Source: an uncultured Alphaproteobacteria bacterium (lineage in GTDB: Bacteria; Pseudomonadota; Alphaproteobacteria; RF32; CAG-239). Taken from it: a DNA stretch of 64,000 nucleotides. Below, piece after piece: positions 19,140-29,973 of the stretch. Below the pieces are notes generated by a model, which was not told the DNA's origin, made no database searches, and was given only the letters and a program-made list of their open reading frames with translations. The stretch lies in contig CAKQUG010000002.1 of assembly GCA_934277545.1 (NCBI GenBank), positions 129,024-193,023 of the forward strand, given 5' to 3'. The position numbers were made by a program, and so were the translations under genes. Each line of letters starts with the position of its first letter. Position 1 is the first letter of the stretch.

Positions 19140-21575
19140 ATGGCTATTACAAAATTAACTTCCGACCAACTTTATCGCAAATGTGATCCGTCAAAATTTG
19201 ATTTTAACACAACTGCCGATTTGGAAGAGCGTTTATCCGCTTTGGGGCAAGATAGGGCTATTCATGCGGTGGAGCTTGGTATACATATCAAATCTCGCGG
19301 CTATAATTTATTTTGCTTAGGGCCTGAGGGGACCGGCAAAACCAGTTTGGTTAAACGTATTTTGGAAAAGGAAGCTAAAAATCGCAAAACTCCGGACGAT
19401 TGGGCGTATGTGTATAATTTTGATGAACCGTATAAACCGACTGCTATGAGTTTTCCGGCCGGTCAAGCCGCAGAATTTGCCAAAGATGTTGATGAATTAC
19501 TTGATGAATTGGCGGATTCGCTGCCGGAAATTATTGAGTCTGAGGAATATAAGGCAGCGCTTGGTATTATTCGCCAAAAATATAAGGCTAAAAAAGAAGA
19601 ATATATCAATGTGTTGCAGAAAAAAGCCAAAGGTAAGCGAGTTTCTTTGCTGCACATGCAAATGGGGCTTGTCGTGGCTCCGATGAAAGATGGCGAAGTT
19701 CTGAGCCCTGACGCGTTTGAACAGCTTCCGGAAGAAGAAAAGAAGCTGGTTATGGACGATTTGAACGCCATGCAGGAAGAAATTGAAAACGCTACTCAGG
19801 ATTTGCCGCGTTGGGAAGAAAAACAAAAACGCGAGATTACTGTTTTGCGTGAAAAATTTGTTCGTTCGGCCGTAAAAGATCCGATTGATGCCTTGCGTAA
19901 AAAATATAAAAGCCAACAGCCGTCCAGATTTTTGAAACAAATCCAAGACAATATTATGGACAATATTGATGATTTTGTACCGACTGATAGCGATAAACAA
20001 GCGGCGGCAAACGGTGCAGATGAAGATCCTTTACAGCAGCTTCTGAGTAAAATGAAACAGCCTGAGGAAGATAAATTTGCCAAATTTAAAATTAATGTGA
20101 TTGTTAAAAACGTGCCAAATTCCGGTGCGCCGATAATCACTGTTGATTATCCTACTCAGGGCAATTTAGTGGGAAAAGTAGAGCGTATTCAGCAATATGG
20201 CGCTTTACTGACCGATTTTACCTTGATTAAAGCCGGCGCACTGCATCAGGCTAACGGCGGATTTTTGTTGCTTGACGCTCGCAAAGTTTTGGAACAGCCG
20301 TTTGCTTGGGATTCTTTGAAGCGTGCAATAGCCTCAAAGCGTGTGAAAATTGAATCTCCGACTGAAGAAACCAGCTTTACGACCATATCTCTTGATCCTG
20401 AGCCAATTCCTTTGGATATAAAAGTTGTGCTGACCGGTGATTTTGAAATTTATGAGTTGCTGAGTGAAAGAGACCCGGATTTCCGTGACTTTTTCAAAGT
20501 TGAAGCCGATTTTGGCATGATTATGGATAGAAATGCCGAAAACGAGGTTGAATATGCTAAACTTATCGGTTCTCTTTCTAAGAAAAAACAACTGCGTTCG
20601 CTCAATCGTCAGGCAGTGGCCAGGGTAATTGAATATGCCTCTCGTTTGGCCGATGACGCCGGAAAATTGACCGCGCATATTTCTTCTATTGGCGATTTGT
20701 TGCGCGAGGCTGATTATTGGGCGCGTGTTTCCAACTCTAAGCAGATTGGTAAAAATCACATTGACCAAGCTATAGAAGCACAGATTTATCGTTCTGACCG
20801 CATTAAAAAAGCCATGCTGGAAGAAATTGACAAAGGCACTATTTTAATGGATGTCAAAGGCGAACGCGTGGGACAGATTAACGGCTTGGTTGTTTACGAT
20901 TTTTCTCGTTATTCATTCGGTAAACCGGCGCGCATTACCACACAGGTCCGTATCGGAAAAGGTGATTTTATGGATATTGAACGTGAAATTTCCATGAGCG
21001 GACCTATTCACACTAAAGGTGTGTTGATTTTAAAATCGCTTATTTCCAACCGTTTTGCCAAACATTCTCCGCTTTCCTTGTCGGCTTCCATTGTGTTTGA
21101 ACAATCCTATGGCGGTGTAGACGGAGACAGTGCGTCATCTACGGAATACTATTGCCTGTTGTCGGCGATTTCCAACCTGCCGATTAAACAAAGCATTGCC
21201 GTAACCGGTTCAATTAACCAGTTTGGAGAAATTCAGCCGATTGGCGGTGTGAACGAAAAAATAGAAGGTTTCTTTGATGTTTGCGCACACGATGGTTTAA
21301 CCGGCAAGCAAGGCGTTATTATTCCGCGCACCAATGTTGATAATCTGATGCTGCGGGCGGATATTGTGCAAGCTGTAGAGGAAGGGCGTTTTACCATTTA
21401 CGCTATTGATACTGTTGATGACGGTGTTGAAATTTTGACCGGTGTTAAAGCTGGAAAACCGGATAATAAAGGAAACTATCCGAAAGGTACGGTAAATTAT
21501 TTGGTTGAGGAAAATTTGCGTCAATACTATCAAGATTATGCCCGCTATGCCAAAGAAACTTTGGGCTGTTTATAA
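19140..21575 (+). CDS. Lon-like ATP-dependent protease (AAA+ ATPase + S16 peptidase domain; COG1067/LonB-like)
   Basis: Walker A GPEGTGKTS. C-terminal Lon S16 domain with a DGDSASS Ser motif and a downstream Lys region. 811 aa. No BREX genes nearby. Confidence 0.7.
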   Translation: MAITKLTSDQLYRKCDPSKFDFNTTADLEERLSALGQDRAIHAVELGIHIKSRGYNLFCLGPEGTGKTSLVKRILEKEAKNRKTPDDWAYVYNFDEPYKPTAMSFPAGQAAEFAKDVDELLDELADSLPEIIESEEYKAALGIIRQKYKAKKEEYINVLQKKAKGKRVSLLHMQMGLVVAPMKDGEVLSPDAFEQLPEEEKKLVMDDLNAMQEEIENATQDLPRWEEKQKREITVLREKFVRSAVKDPIDALRKKYKSQQPSRFLKQIQDNIMDNIDDFVPTDSDKQAAANGADEDPLQQLLSKMKQPEEDKFAKFKINVIVKNVPNSGAPIITVDYPTQGNLVGKVERIQQYGALLTDFTLIKAGALHQANGGFLLLDARKVLEQPFAWDSLKRAIASKRVKIESPTEETSFTTISLDPEPIPLDIKVVLTGDFEIYELLSERDPDFRDFFKVEADFGMIMDRNAENEVEYAKLIGSLSKKKQLRSLNRQAVARVIEYASRLADDAGKLTAHISSIGDLLREADYWARVSNSKQIGKNHIDQAIEAQIYRSDRIKKAMLEEIDKGTILMDVKGERVGQINGLVVYDFSRYSFGKPARITTQVRIGKGDFMDIEREISMSGPIHTKGVLILKSLISNRFAKHSPLSLSASIVFEQSYGGVDGDSASSTEYYCLLSAISNLPIKQSIAVTGSINQFGEIQPIGGVNEKIEGFFDVCAHDGLTGKQGVIIPRTNVDNLMLRADIVQAVEEGRFTIYAIDTVDDGVEILTGVKAGKPDNKGNYPKGTVNYLVEENLRQYYQDYARYAKETLGCL

Positions 21576-21585
21576 TAAAAAAGCA

Positions 21586-21629
21586 TAAAAAAAACACCGG
21601 TTAGTCTACGCTAAGCGGTGTTTTTTTTG
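21586..21629. terminator. Bidirectional rho-independent terminator between convergent genes
   Basis: A8 tract, then stem ACACCGGTTAG / CTAAGCGGTGT (one internal mismatch), then T8 tract. Confidence 0.65.
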
Positions 21630-21632
21630 TTT

Positions 21633-21989
21633 TTATGCGTCTGCTCTTTTTGCAGCGGCTTCAACCAACTCTTGGGCTTTCAGCATATTTTTATACTGTC
21701 TTGAGCCATGAGCTATTGCCGGACGATCGAAACACATGGTTGTAAACTCATATCCTTCAACAAAATCTTTAGCCGAAATAGATTGAGGGTCGTTTGCAAT
21801 TCCGTAGACAATCGACTCGTTTTTAATCAGCTGTGTATTGCCTAAAATACACGAAGGACCTGTCCAAAGGTAGCAAGATTCAACATGCCCGGTGACCTTG
21901 TTTTTCATATACAAGATGTTGTCATAGTCCTTCAATATATTGAAGGCGTACAAGAAAAATGTGTCAAAATAAATACGCTCTAATTCCAT
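21633..21989 (-). CDS. Hypothetical protein (118 aa)
   Basis: ORF with no recognisable motif. Convergent with the Lon-like gene and divergent from clpP. Confidence 0.4.
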   Translation of the reverse strand: MELERIYFDTFFLYAFNILKDYDNILYMKNKVTGHVESCYLWTGPSCILGNTQLIKNESIVYGIANDPQSISAKDFVEGYEFTTMCFDRPAIAHGSRQYKNMLKAQELVEAAAKRADA

Positions 21990-22220
21990 AAAAATAATTT
22001 TTAAAGGCGTTAATCTGATAATGTTATGCTTGCCAAAGGTATAACCGGATATTCATAATAATTAATTTATAAAATTAATATATGAAATTTTTTGTCTAAA
22101 GTCAATTTAAATTTGAAGATGGCGATGAAAAAACTTCAAAAAATGTTAATTATTTATAAAAAATTAAGTAATGATAGGCTTTAATAAAAGCAAAAAGAAT
22201 TTTGTAAAAGGAAAACAATT

Positions 22221-22835
22221 ATGAATAGTATAATGCCTACCGACGCTTTGGTGCCAATGGTGATAGAACAAACTCCAAAAGGTGAGCGCTCGTTTGATAT
22301 TTTTTCTCGTTTGCTGAAAGAAAGAATCATTTTTTTGACCGGTGAAGTTAATGACGAAACATCGGCTTTGGTTTGCGCACAGCTCTTGTTTTTGGAAGCC
22401 GAAAATCCGAAAAAAGATATTTTCTTGTATATTAACTCTCCGGGTGGCGTAGTAACTTCCGGTATGGCTATGTATGACACCATGCAATATATTTCTTGCG
22501 ATGTGGTAACAATATGTATCGGTCAAGCTTGTTCTATGGGGTCATTTTTACTTGCCGGCGGAACCAAAGGTAAGCGCTATTCTTTGCCAAACTCGCAGAT
22601 TATGATTCATCAACCGTCCGGCGGTGCCAAAGGACAAGCTGCGGATATTGAAATTCAAGCTAAATTGATTTTGGATTTGCGTAAGCGTTTAAATGCAATT
22701 TACGCCCAAAATACCGGTCAAAAAATTTCGGTCATTGAGCGCGCTATGGACAGAGATAATTTTATGACGCCGCAAGAAGCCTTGGATTTTGGTTTGATTG
22801 ACCATATTATTACCAACCGTGAAGAAGTTAAGTAG
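22221..22835 (+). CDS. clpP: ATP-dependent Clp protease proteolytic subunit
   Basis: Near-identical motifs to E. coli ClpP ([30 protein letters not shown]; catalytic-Ser region [11 protein letters not shown]; MIHQP). Confidence 0.95.
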   Translation: MNSIMPTDALVPMVIEQTPKGERSFDIFSRLLKERIIFLTGEVNDETSALVCAQLLFLEAENPKKDIFLYINSPGGVVTSGMAMYDTMQYISCDVVTICIGQACSMGSFLLAGGTKGKRYSLPNSQIMIHQPSGGAKGQAADIEIQAKLILDLRKRLNAIYAQNTGQKISVIERAMDRDNFMTPQEALDFGLIDHIITNREEVK

Positions 22836-22842
22836 GTGAAAA

Positions 22843-24111
22843 ATGAGTGAAGATAACGAAGAAATTTTGCATTGTTCGTTTTGCGGCAAAAGTCAGAAAG
22901 AAGTAAAAAAACTGGTTGCCGGACGCGGAGTTTATATTTGCAATGAGTGCATAGATGTTTGCCATTCCATTATGGAAGAAGAAACTGAACTTACTCCGGA
23001 AAATAAAACAGCGTCTGCTGATGAACCGTTGATGAACAGCCTGCCGACACCGTCAAAAATCAAAGAGTTTTTAGATGAATATGTGATTGGGCAGGATTAT
23101 GCGAAAAAAGTTTTATCAGTTGCCGTGTATAATCACTATAAACGTTTGAATAATCCTAAAAAAGACGAAGTGGATATTACCAAATCCAACGTGATTTTGA
23201 TTGGTTCCACCGGTTGCGGCAAAACTTTGTTGGCGCAGACATTGGCCAAAATTTTGAACGTGCCGTTCGCTATTGCCGACGCCACTACCTTAACCGAAGC
23301 CGGTTATGTTGGCGAAGATGTTGAAAATATAGTGCTGAAATTAGTGCAAAACGCTAATTATGACATTGAAAAGGCTCAGCGCGGTATCATTTATATTGAT
23401 GAAATCGATAAAATTTCCCGCAAAGGCGACGGACCGTCTATTACCCGCGATGTTTCGGGCGAGGGCGTGCAGCAGGCTTTGCTGAAAATTATTGAAGGCA
23501 CAATAGCCAATGTTCCTCCGCAAGGCGGACGCAAACACCCGCAGCAAGAGTTTTTGCACGTAGACACTAAAAATATTTTGTTTATTTGCGGCGGTGCGTT
23601 TGCCGGTTTGGAAAAAATTGTGGAAAAGCATGGCACGGAAAGCGGAAATTCCATCGGCTTCGGCGCTAAAGTGGAAAAAGATGAAAAAACTATCGGTCAG
23701 ATTTTGAAAGACGTTCGTCCGGAAGATTTGATTAAATACGGACTTATTCCGGAATTTACCGGACGTGTGCCGGTTATCGCCACTTTAGACGATTTGAATG
23801 AAGATGCTTTAATCCGTGTTTTGACCGAGCCGAAAAATGCCTTAGTCAGCCAATACGCCTCATTGTTCGGCATGGACAATGTCAAATTGACAATTACGCC
23901 TGAAGCCTTGCGCGCCATTGCTAAAAAAGCGATAGAGCGTAAGACAGGTGCTCGCGGATTGCGTGCTATCATGGAAGAAATTTTGATGGAATGGATGTAT
24001 GAACTGCCTGATGAAAAGGATATTTCTGAAATTGTGATAGATGAAAAAGTTATTACAGACGGCGAAAAGCCTAAGTTGATACATCAGTCTGAAGAAAAAA
24101 AATCTGCTTAA
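22843..24111 (+). CDS. clpX: ATP-dependent Clp protease ATP-binding subunit ClpX
   Basis: N-terminal C4 zinc finger (CSFCGK...CNECIDVC), Walker A GSTGCGKT, and the [16 protein letters not shown] and sensor motifs. Confidence 0.95.
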   Translation: MSEDNEEILHCSFCGKSQKEVKKLVAGRGVYICNECIDVCHSIMEEETELTPENKTASADEPLMNSLPTPSKIKEFLDEYVIGQDYAKKVLSVAVYNHYKRLNNPKKDEVDITKSNVILIGSTGCGKTLLAQTLAKILNVPFAIADATTLTEAGYVGEDVENIVLKLVQNANYDIEKAQRGIIYIDEIDKISRKGDGPSITRDVSGEGVQQALLKIIEGTIANVPPQGGRKHPQQEFLHVDTKNILFICGGAFAGLEKIVEKHGTESGNSIGFGAKVEKDEKTIGQILKDVRPEDLIKYGLIPEFTGRVPVIATLDDLNEDALIRVLTEPKNALVSQYASLFGMDNVKLTITPEALRAIAKKAIERKTGARGLRAIMEEILMEWMYELPDEKDISEIVIDEKVITDGEKPKLIHQSEEKKSA

Positions 24112-24112
24112 A

Positions 24113-24150
24113 CACAAAAAAACTTCCGATAAAATCGGAAGTTTTTTTGT
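24113..24150. terminator. Bidirectional rho-independent terminator (clpX / porin convergent pair)
   Basis: A-run, then perfect 10-bp stem AACTTCCGAT / ATCGGAAGTT with loop AAA, then T7. Confidence 0.7.
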
Positions 24151-24162
24151 TGTTACAAATTG

Positions 24163-25437
24163 TTAGAACGCGTAGTTCACAGAAAAAGCAAATACTTTCA
24201 CCGAGTTAGAATAGTCGGCCGAAACGTGCGAACCGTCGTTTCCGGTAACAGCCGAGTTCATTTTGGCGCTGTGGGCTTTAATGTAGGTGTAACCCATATC
24301 AAAGCTCAAGTTTTCATTATATTGATAGCCCAAACCCATAGAATACCAAATACGGTCAGAATCTGGAATACGCGGTGTGCGGTGAGCATAACGAACGGCG
24401 CTTTGGTCGTATGCTAAGCCCAAACGCAATTTCCATTGATTATCCAGCATATAGCTTGTACCGATGGAATAAAAGTTGGTGTCGCGCCAGTTTTCTTTTA
24501 CCTGAGCAATGTTGCCTTCCGGTTTGTTTAAGTTATCACCGACAAAAGTCAGGTTTTGGAAAGAGCTCCAGAACACGCGCTGATATTCGGCCATAACCGC
24601 CCATTTTTCATTGATGTCGTGATAAACACCCATAGAAAGCATGGCCGGAGTAGTTAATTTAGCGCTGATTTTTTGGTTCATCAAAGCGTCAGCTTTGGCT
24701 CCGGCAGGAATTCCCATTGCTGTATAAGCGCTGCCGCTTGATTTCATTTTACCTTTTAATTTGTGGTCTATTTTGCTGCGATAACCAACACCGACACGGG
24801 TTGCGTCGCTAAATTCATACATGGCGCCCAATTGGTAGCCCATGTCAAAATCGTTGCCGTTTTCGGTAACCAAACCTGTTCGAGAATATTTGTGGCTGCT
24901 GGTCAGGTGCGCCCAAACATATTGCATTTGCACGCCTGCGCCCAAAGACAATTTATCTGTTGCCTTATAAGCAAACATCGGGGTAATGGTGCCGGATTTC
25001 AAATCCGAGGTAATACCGTGGTCGGAACCGACCCAATCTCTGTCATATTTTGTAATCATGCCAAACGGAGAATTAACTGCGATAGCCGCAAAAGCTCTGT
25101 CGTTAAGTTGATATGATACTGTGCCGTTTGGCGAAACAGCTGCGTGAACCACGTTTTCAACGTCGGCTCCGCGGGTGCCGCTTTCACTCATAACATTTTT
25201 AGCTGTGGCGCGCGGTGCGATGTAGGTTGCGCCCAAGTTTACCTGCAAGCCTTTTTGGCGAGTTAAACCGGCGGCGTTATAATATGCGTAAGAACCGTTT
25301 TCTGCACCGGCAGTTGCGCCGGCATAAGCGTTACCTTGAGCGGCAGCTGACTGTTCTCTTAAATGGAAACCGGCGGCCATGGCGCTGGTAGAGAGCAGAA
25401 GGGTGCTCAAGGCGGTTAATGTAAGAACCTTTTTCAT
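24163..25437 (-). CDS. Outer-membrane transport protein, FadL/OmpP1 (long-chain fatty acid/hydrophobic compound) family
   Basis: Signal peptide MKKVLTLTALSTLLLSTSAMA, then AGFHLREQSAAAQGNAYAG (FadL N-terminal hatch motif), then a beta-barrel ending in a C-terminal Phe. Start reassigned to ATG 25437; the ORF track extends 34 codons upstream. Confidence 0.7.
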   Translation of the reverse strand: MKKVLTLTALSTLLLSTSAMAAGFHLREQSAAAQGNAYAGATAGAENGSYAYYNAAGLTRQKGLQVNLGATYIAPRATAKNVMSESGTRGADVENVVHAAVSPNGTVSYQLNDRAFAAIAVNSPFGMITKYDRDWVGSDHGITSDLKSGTITPMFAYKATDKLSLGAGVQMQYVWAHLTSSHKYSRTGLVTENGNDFDMGYQLGAMYEFSDATRVGVGYRSKIDHKLKGKMKSSGSAYTAMGIPAGAKADALMNQKISAKLTTPAMLSMGVYHDINEKWAVMAEYQRVFWSSFQNLTFVGDNLNKPEGNIAQVKENWRDTNFYSIGTSYMLDNQWKLRLGLAYDQSAVRYAHRTPRIPDSDRIWYSMGLGYQYNENLSFDMGYTYIKAHSAKMNSAVTGNDGSHVSADYSNSVKVFAFSVNYAF

Positions 25438-25647
25438 TTTAAACCTTTTTATTATTAAAACATGGTAACCCAAACAAGTTTGCGTTACGTAGGGCGCAAC
25501 ATACAGCAATATATCAATTTTGGCAAGTTTTTGGCGCAAATCTGGGGATAAAATTTTAAAAATGATGTAAAAACAGAAAGTTATACTTAGGAAATGACCT
25601 GTTGATGACTCTGGCGTTTTTTCTTTACAAATCGTTAATAATATTAT

Positions 25648-27870
25648 ATGGATAAGGTATTATTTAACAACAGAAAGGTTGGACTTGTGAAAGAGTTTGT
25701 CAGATTTTGCCTGCGAACGGTTTTGCGTTTGATGAAAGCAAAATGTATTTTTGAATTTGATGTGAACAATTTGCCGAAAAAAGGTGTTTATGTGGTTAAC
25801 CACGTTTCTTATTTGGACCCGATTTTGCTGTTTGCATTTCTTCCCGGAAATCCTGTGTTTGCCTTAAACGGACATTTATATCGCCGTCATTGGATTAGTT
25901 TTTTGATGGGGCGCGCCGATGTAATAAAGTTTAATCCGATTGAGCCGTCAGACATTAAAAAGCTGATAGCTAAAGTGGACGAGGGGCGCTTGGTGGTAAT
26001 TTTCGCCGAAGGGCGTATTACCGAAAACGGCGGTCTGATGAAGATTTATGAAGCTCCCGGGTTGGTGGCCGATAAATCTAAATCGCCGATTATTCCGGTT
26101 TGGATAGACGGTCCGCAATATGGCTATTTTTCTAAAACTAAAGGCAAACTGCCGCATCGTCCGCTGCCGAAAATGCGTATTTATGTGGGCGAGCCGCGCA
26201 GCTTTAAGCTGAAAGACGAACTGCGCCGTCAGCGTGATCACATCAGCAATGAAGTTTATATGATTTTGCGTGAAATGTGCTTTGATATTAACTATGACAA
26301 AAACATTTCATTGTTTGCGCAGCTTATGAAAACCGCCAAGGTTTATTCTCGCACCGGATTCTTTTCTAAGCGTCCGCGCATTATAGAAGATATTAACCGC
26401 AAGCAAAAGTCTTATAAAGATATTATTGTTGCGTCTTTTGCTTTAGGACGCAGCTTTAAAAAGTTTACCAAGGTTGATGAAAATGTCGGTATTCTGCTGC
26501 CTAACGCTATTGCCACGGTTTGCACGTTTTTCGGGCTTTCTGCCTATAACCGCACTCCGGTAATGATTAACTTTTCGGTCGGTTCCAAAAATATGATTTC
26601 CATGTGCAAAACCGCGCTGGTTAAAACTGTTTTGACATCACGCTCTTTTGTGATTAAAGCTAAAATGGAAAATGTGGTTGAAGATATGAAAAACGCCGGC
26701 TGCAATGTGGTTTATTTGGAAGATATTGCTAAAAAAATGTCGCTGTGCACTAAAATCGGCGCTTATATCAGCTATAAAATTAAGCACATTCCGCACAAAA
26801 CCGGCGGCGATAAAAAGGCTGTTATTCTGTTTACTTCCGGTTCGGAAGGCGCACCGAAAGGCGTGGTTCTGAGCCATGCCAACATTATCGCTAATATCAA
26901 ACAAATGACAGCGATTCAAACCATTAACTTCAAAGATTTGTTGTTTAATGCTTTGCCTATGTTTCATAGTTTCGGCTTGACTGTGGGGACTTTGTTTCCG
27001 TTGTTTGAAGGCTCTAAGCTGTTTTTGTATCCGTCTCCGCTGCACTATCGTGTGGTTGCCGAGCTGGTTTATGAACTGGGTGCCACTTTAATGCTTGGAA
27101 CAGATACTTTCTTGCGCGGTTATGCTAAAATTGCCCATCCGTATGATTTCCATAATATCCGCCTGATGTATTCCGGCGGCGAGGCGGCAAAGTCCGATAC
27201 TCGCAGCATGTGGATGGAGCATTCCGGTGTGCGCATGATGGAGGCTTACGGTGCTACTGAATGTTCTCCGGTTATGACCGCCAATAACGGAATTTTCAAC
27301 AAATTCGGTTCTATCGGGAAAATTATGCCGGGAATGCAGTTTAAAATTTTACCGGTTGATGGTATAGAAAACGGCGGTGAACTTTGTGTTAAAGGTCCAA
27401 ACGTGATGCAGGGATATTATATGCCGACTAATCCGGGTGTGCTGGTTCCGCCGGAAGACGGTTGGTATCACACCGGCGATGTGGTGGAAATGGACGAAAT
27501 CGGCTTCTTTACCATTAAAGACCGTATCAAGCGTTTTGCTAAAATCGGCGGCGAAATGGTTTCTCTGAATGCTGTTCATGATATGGTTGTGGATGCCACC
27601 AAAAATATGGAAGGTGAATATAGCTATGGCGTGGTTTCTATTCCGCATGAAAGTAAAGGTGAGCAGATTATTTTGGTAACTAATAATGAAAAAGTTACTT
27701 CGGCAATGCTGCATGAATATGTAAAAAACAACGGTATGTCAGAGCTTTATTTGCCGCGTGTGATTCTGTATCACGAAAAATTACCGGTATTTGCTACCGG
27801 TAAGGCCGATAATGTAACGCTGAAAAAAGAAGTTATGGCCGAGCTTTGCCCGGTTGACAGCGCCGCTTAA
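25648..27870 (+). CDS. aas: Bifunctional 2-acylglycerophosphoethanolamine acyltransferase / acyl-ACP synthetase
   Basis: N-terminal PlsC-type acyltransferase domain (NHVSYLD HxxxxD motif, FAEGRIT). C-terminal AMP-binding domain (FTSGSEGAPKGVVLSH, YGATE, WYHTGD). Confidence 0.75.
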   Translation: MDKVLFNNRKVGLVKEFVRFCLRTVLRLMKAKCIFEFDVNNLPKKGVYVVNHVSYLDPILLFAFLPGNPVFALNGHLYRRHWISFLMGRADVIKFNPIEPSDIKKLIAKVDEGRLVVIFAEGRITENGGLMKIYEAPGLVADKSKSPIIPVWIDGPQYGYFSKTKGKLPHRPLPKMRIYVGEPRSFKLKDELRRQRDHISNEVYMILREMCFDINYDKNISLFAQLMKTAKVYSRTGFFSKRPRIIEDINRKQKSYKDIIVASFALGRSFKKFTKVDENVGILLPNAIATVCTFFGLSAYNRTPVMINFSVGSKNMISMCKTALVKTVLTSRSFVIKAKMENVVEDMKNAGCNVVYLEDIAKKMSLCTKIGAYISYKIKHIPHKTGGDKKAVILFTSGSEGAPKGVVLSHANIIANIKQMTAIQTINFKDLLFNALPMFHSFGLTVGTLFPLFEGSKLFLYPSPLHYRVVAELVYELGATLMLGTDTFLRGYAKIAHPYDFHNIRLMYSGGEAAKSDTRSMWMEHSGVRMMEAYGATECSPVMTANNGIFNKFGSIGKIMPGMQFKILPVDGIENGGELCVKGPNVMQGYYMPTNPGVLVPPEDGWYHTGDVVEMDEIGFFTIKDRIKRFAKIGGEMVSLNAVHDMVVDATKNMEGEYSYGVVSIPHESKGEQIILVTNNEKVTSAMLHEYVKNNGMSELYLPRVILYHEKLPVFATGKADNVTLKKEVMAELCPVDSAA

Positions 27871-27882
27871 AATAATGTGCAG

Positions 27883-27924
27883 CAATGGCTTTTTGTGGTT
27901 GCGATTTTACAAAAAGCCATTATG
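27883..27924 (+). terminator. Strong stem-loop between aas and ssb (probable aas terminator)
   Basis: 13-14-bp stem CAATGGCTTTTTGT / ACAAAAAGCCATT. A T-rich tract follows about 15 nt later. Confidence 0.4.
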
Positions 27925-27960
27925 CTGTAACGAGTTTAATTTTTTTGTAAGGATAAAATA

Positions 27961-28446
27961 ATGGTTGGAATAAACAAAGTTATTCTGGTTGGTAATTTAG
28001 GGGCTGACCCGGTGGTTAATAACACTCAGTCAGGTACTAAAGTTGTTAATTTGAATGTGGCGACAACAGACAGCTGGAAAGACCGTAATACCGGCGAGCG
28101 CAAAGATAAAACCGAATGGCACCGCGTGGTAATTTTTAATTCTCAGCTGGCAGATACCGCCGAAAGATATTTGCGCAAAGGCTCAAAAGTATATTTGGAA
28201 GGTCAGCTGCAGACCCGTAAATGGACAGATAATAACGGTGTTGATCGCTATACCACCGAAGTTGTGCTGCAAAATTTCAACAGCGTGCTGGTTATGCTCG
28301 ATTCTAAAAACAGCAGCGGCGATGGTATGCCGGCCGGCGGCAATGATGTTTTCTCAGCGTCTCCGGCAGCAGGTGGAACTTCATCCGGCTGGGATAACAG
28401 CGCGGCTTCTGCTCCGTCAGATTTGGACGACGATATTCCGTTTTAA
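27961..28446 (+). CDS. ssb: Single-stranded DNA-binding protein
   Basis: OB-fold SSB with a Gly/Ser-rich tail and the C-terminal DDDIPF acidic tip. Close to alphaproteobacterial/Rickettsiales SSBs. Confidence 0.95.
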   Translation: MVGINKVILVGNLGADPVVNNTQSGTKVVNLNVATTDSWKDRNTGERKDKTEWHRVVIFNSQLADTAERYLRKGSKVYLEGQLQTRKWTDNNGVDRYTTEVVLQNFNSVLVMLDSKNSSGDGMPAGGNDVFSASPAAGGTSSGWDNSAASAPSDLDDDIPF

Positions 28447-28467
28447 TGAGGGACTTTATCCCAAGGG

Positions 28468-28505
28468 ACTTCGGATTTTGTTGTCCGGAGTTTCTTTATT
28501 TTAAA
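28468..28505 (+). terminator. Rho-independent terminator downstream of ssb
   Basis: 8-bp stem ACTTCGGA / TCCGGAGT (one G-U pair), loop UUUUGUUG, then a U-rich tract. Confidence 0.55.
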
Positions 28506-28522
28506 TAGTGCGAGGTAAAAGT

Positions 28523-29611
28523 ATGAAAGTTTTGGTAGGTTTAAGCGGCGGTGTGGATTCTTCGGTTACGGCTTGTTTGCTCAAACAACAAGGGTATGAA
28601 GTGATTGGTGCCACCATGTCTATTTGGGATAAAAACACGCATTTTAGCGGAGACGCCCATGCCGATTCTTGCTTTTCTCCGCATGAAGAACAAGACATTG
28701 AGGCTGCGCGCGCTTTGTGCCAAAAAATTGGTATTCCGTATTATGTTTTAGATTGTTCGGCTCGTTATAAACAGATGGTGCTGGAAAATTTCAAGCATGA
28801 ATATAAGGCCGGACGTACGCCTAACCCGTGCGTGATGTGCAATTCATATATCAAATTTAACGCTTTGCCTGAGGAGGCTGCCGCACAGGGAATTGAGTTT
28901 GATAAGTTTGCCACCGGACACTATGCGCAGGTTTGTTTTGATGAAAATCGCAATCGTTATGTGATTAAACGCGGTTTGGACCACACAAAAGACCAGTCGT
29001 ATTTTTTGTATCGCTTAAACCAAGAGCAACTGTCTCGGGTTTTAATGCCGCTTGGCGGACTGACTAAAAAGCGTGTGCGCGAGCTGGCTCAAGAGTTTGG
29101 TTTGGATGTTTCGGATAAACCCGATAGTCAGGATTTTTATACCGGCGATATTAACGATATTTTACAAAATGAACCGCAGGTTGGTAATTTTGTAACCAGC
29201 GACGGAAGAGTTTTGGGGCAGCACCAGGGAATTTGGCACTATACGGTTGGTCAGCGCCGCGGTATGGGAATAGCTGCCGAGCGTCCGCTTTATGTGTTGG
29301 GCTTTAATAAGGACAAAAATGAAGTTATTGTCGGTTTTGAAGAAGAGTGCGAGCGTTCCGGCTTAATTGCTTCGGATTTATGCGGCGAGGTTGTGAATTT
29401 GTCCGCGCCTTTGGAATGTGAAGCCAAAATCCGCTCTTCACAGCAGCCGACGCCGGTTAAAGTTTCGCCTTTGCCGGACGGTAAAATAGAGGTTTGTTTT
29501 TATTCTAAGCAAAAGGCTATCGCACCGGGGCAGTCTGTCGTGTTTTATCATAAAAACAGCGATACTGATGAAATTCTGCTTGGCGGCGGCATAATCGATT
29601 CTAATATGTAA
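28523..29611 (+). CDS. mnmA: tRNA-specific 2-thiouridylase (tRNA 2-thiouridine(34) synthase)
   Basis: PP-loop SGGVDSS, a Cys region (NPCVMCN), and a full-length MnmA-like sequence. Start moved to ATG 28523 downstream of a GAGGT SD; the ORF track begins at GTG 28508. Confidence 0.85.
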   Translation: MKVLVGLSGGVDSSVTACLLKQQGYEVIGATMSIWDKNTHFSGDAHADSCFSPHEEQDIEAARALCQKIGIPYYVLDCSARYKQMVLENFKHEYKAGRTPNPCVMCNSYIKFNALPEEAAAQGIEFDKFATGHYAQVCFDENRNRYVIKRGLDHTKDQSYFLYRLNQEQLSRVLMPLGGLTKKRVRELAQEFGLDVSDKPDSQDFYTGDINDILQNEPQVGNFVTSDGRVLGQHQGIWHYTVGQRRGMGIAAERPLYVLGFNKDKNEVIVGFEEECERSGLIASDLCGEVVNLSAPLECEAKIRSSQQPTPVKVSPLPDGKIEVCFYSKQKAIAPGQSVVFYHKNSDTDEILLGGGIIDSNM

Positions 29612-29764
29612 ATATAATAAATCACATACCTCTGTCTGATGTGTTTACATAGAAATGTACGGATAGAAGTTTTACGGAAAATCTCAATAAAAAGATAACC
29701 ATGCGTAAAAAGCATGGTTTAGTTGCATGGAAAATACGTTTAAAGTTAAGTTTTATACATACAA

Positions 29765-29800
29765 AAAAAGACCTAAGTATTAACTCAGGTCTTTTCAAAT
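29765..29800 (-). terminator. Rho-independent terminator downstream of tRNA-Ala
   Basis: On the minus strand: hairpin GACCTGAGT..ACTTAGGTC followed by U7. Confidence 0.55.
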
Positions 29801-29876
<76 letters not shown>

Positions 29877-29973
29877 AATAAAAGAGAATATCAACAAAAC
29901 ACGTATTCATTAACATATAGTTTGCGCTTTGTCAAATTTATTTTTCAATTTTTTGCAGTGGGGGCAAGATTAT

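Noticed and set aside
19463-20140. Antisense ORFs within the Lon-like protease gene
   Set aside because: They are embedded in a gene with clear Walker A and S16 motifs, have no independent signals, and are low complexity.
19140-21575. Lon-like protease as a BREX BrxL component
   Set aside because: No PglX methyltransferase, PglZ, BrxA/B/C or other BREX genes are adjacent. A stand-alone LonB-like protease is common as a housekeeping enzyme.
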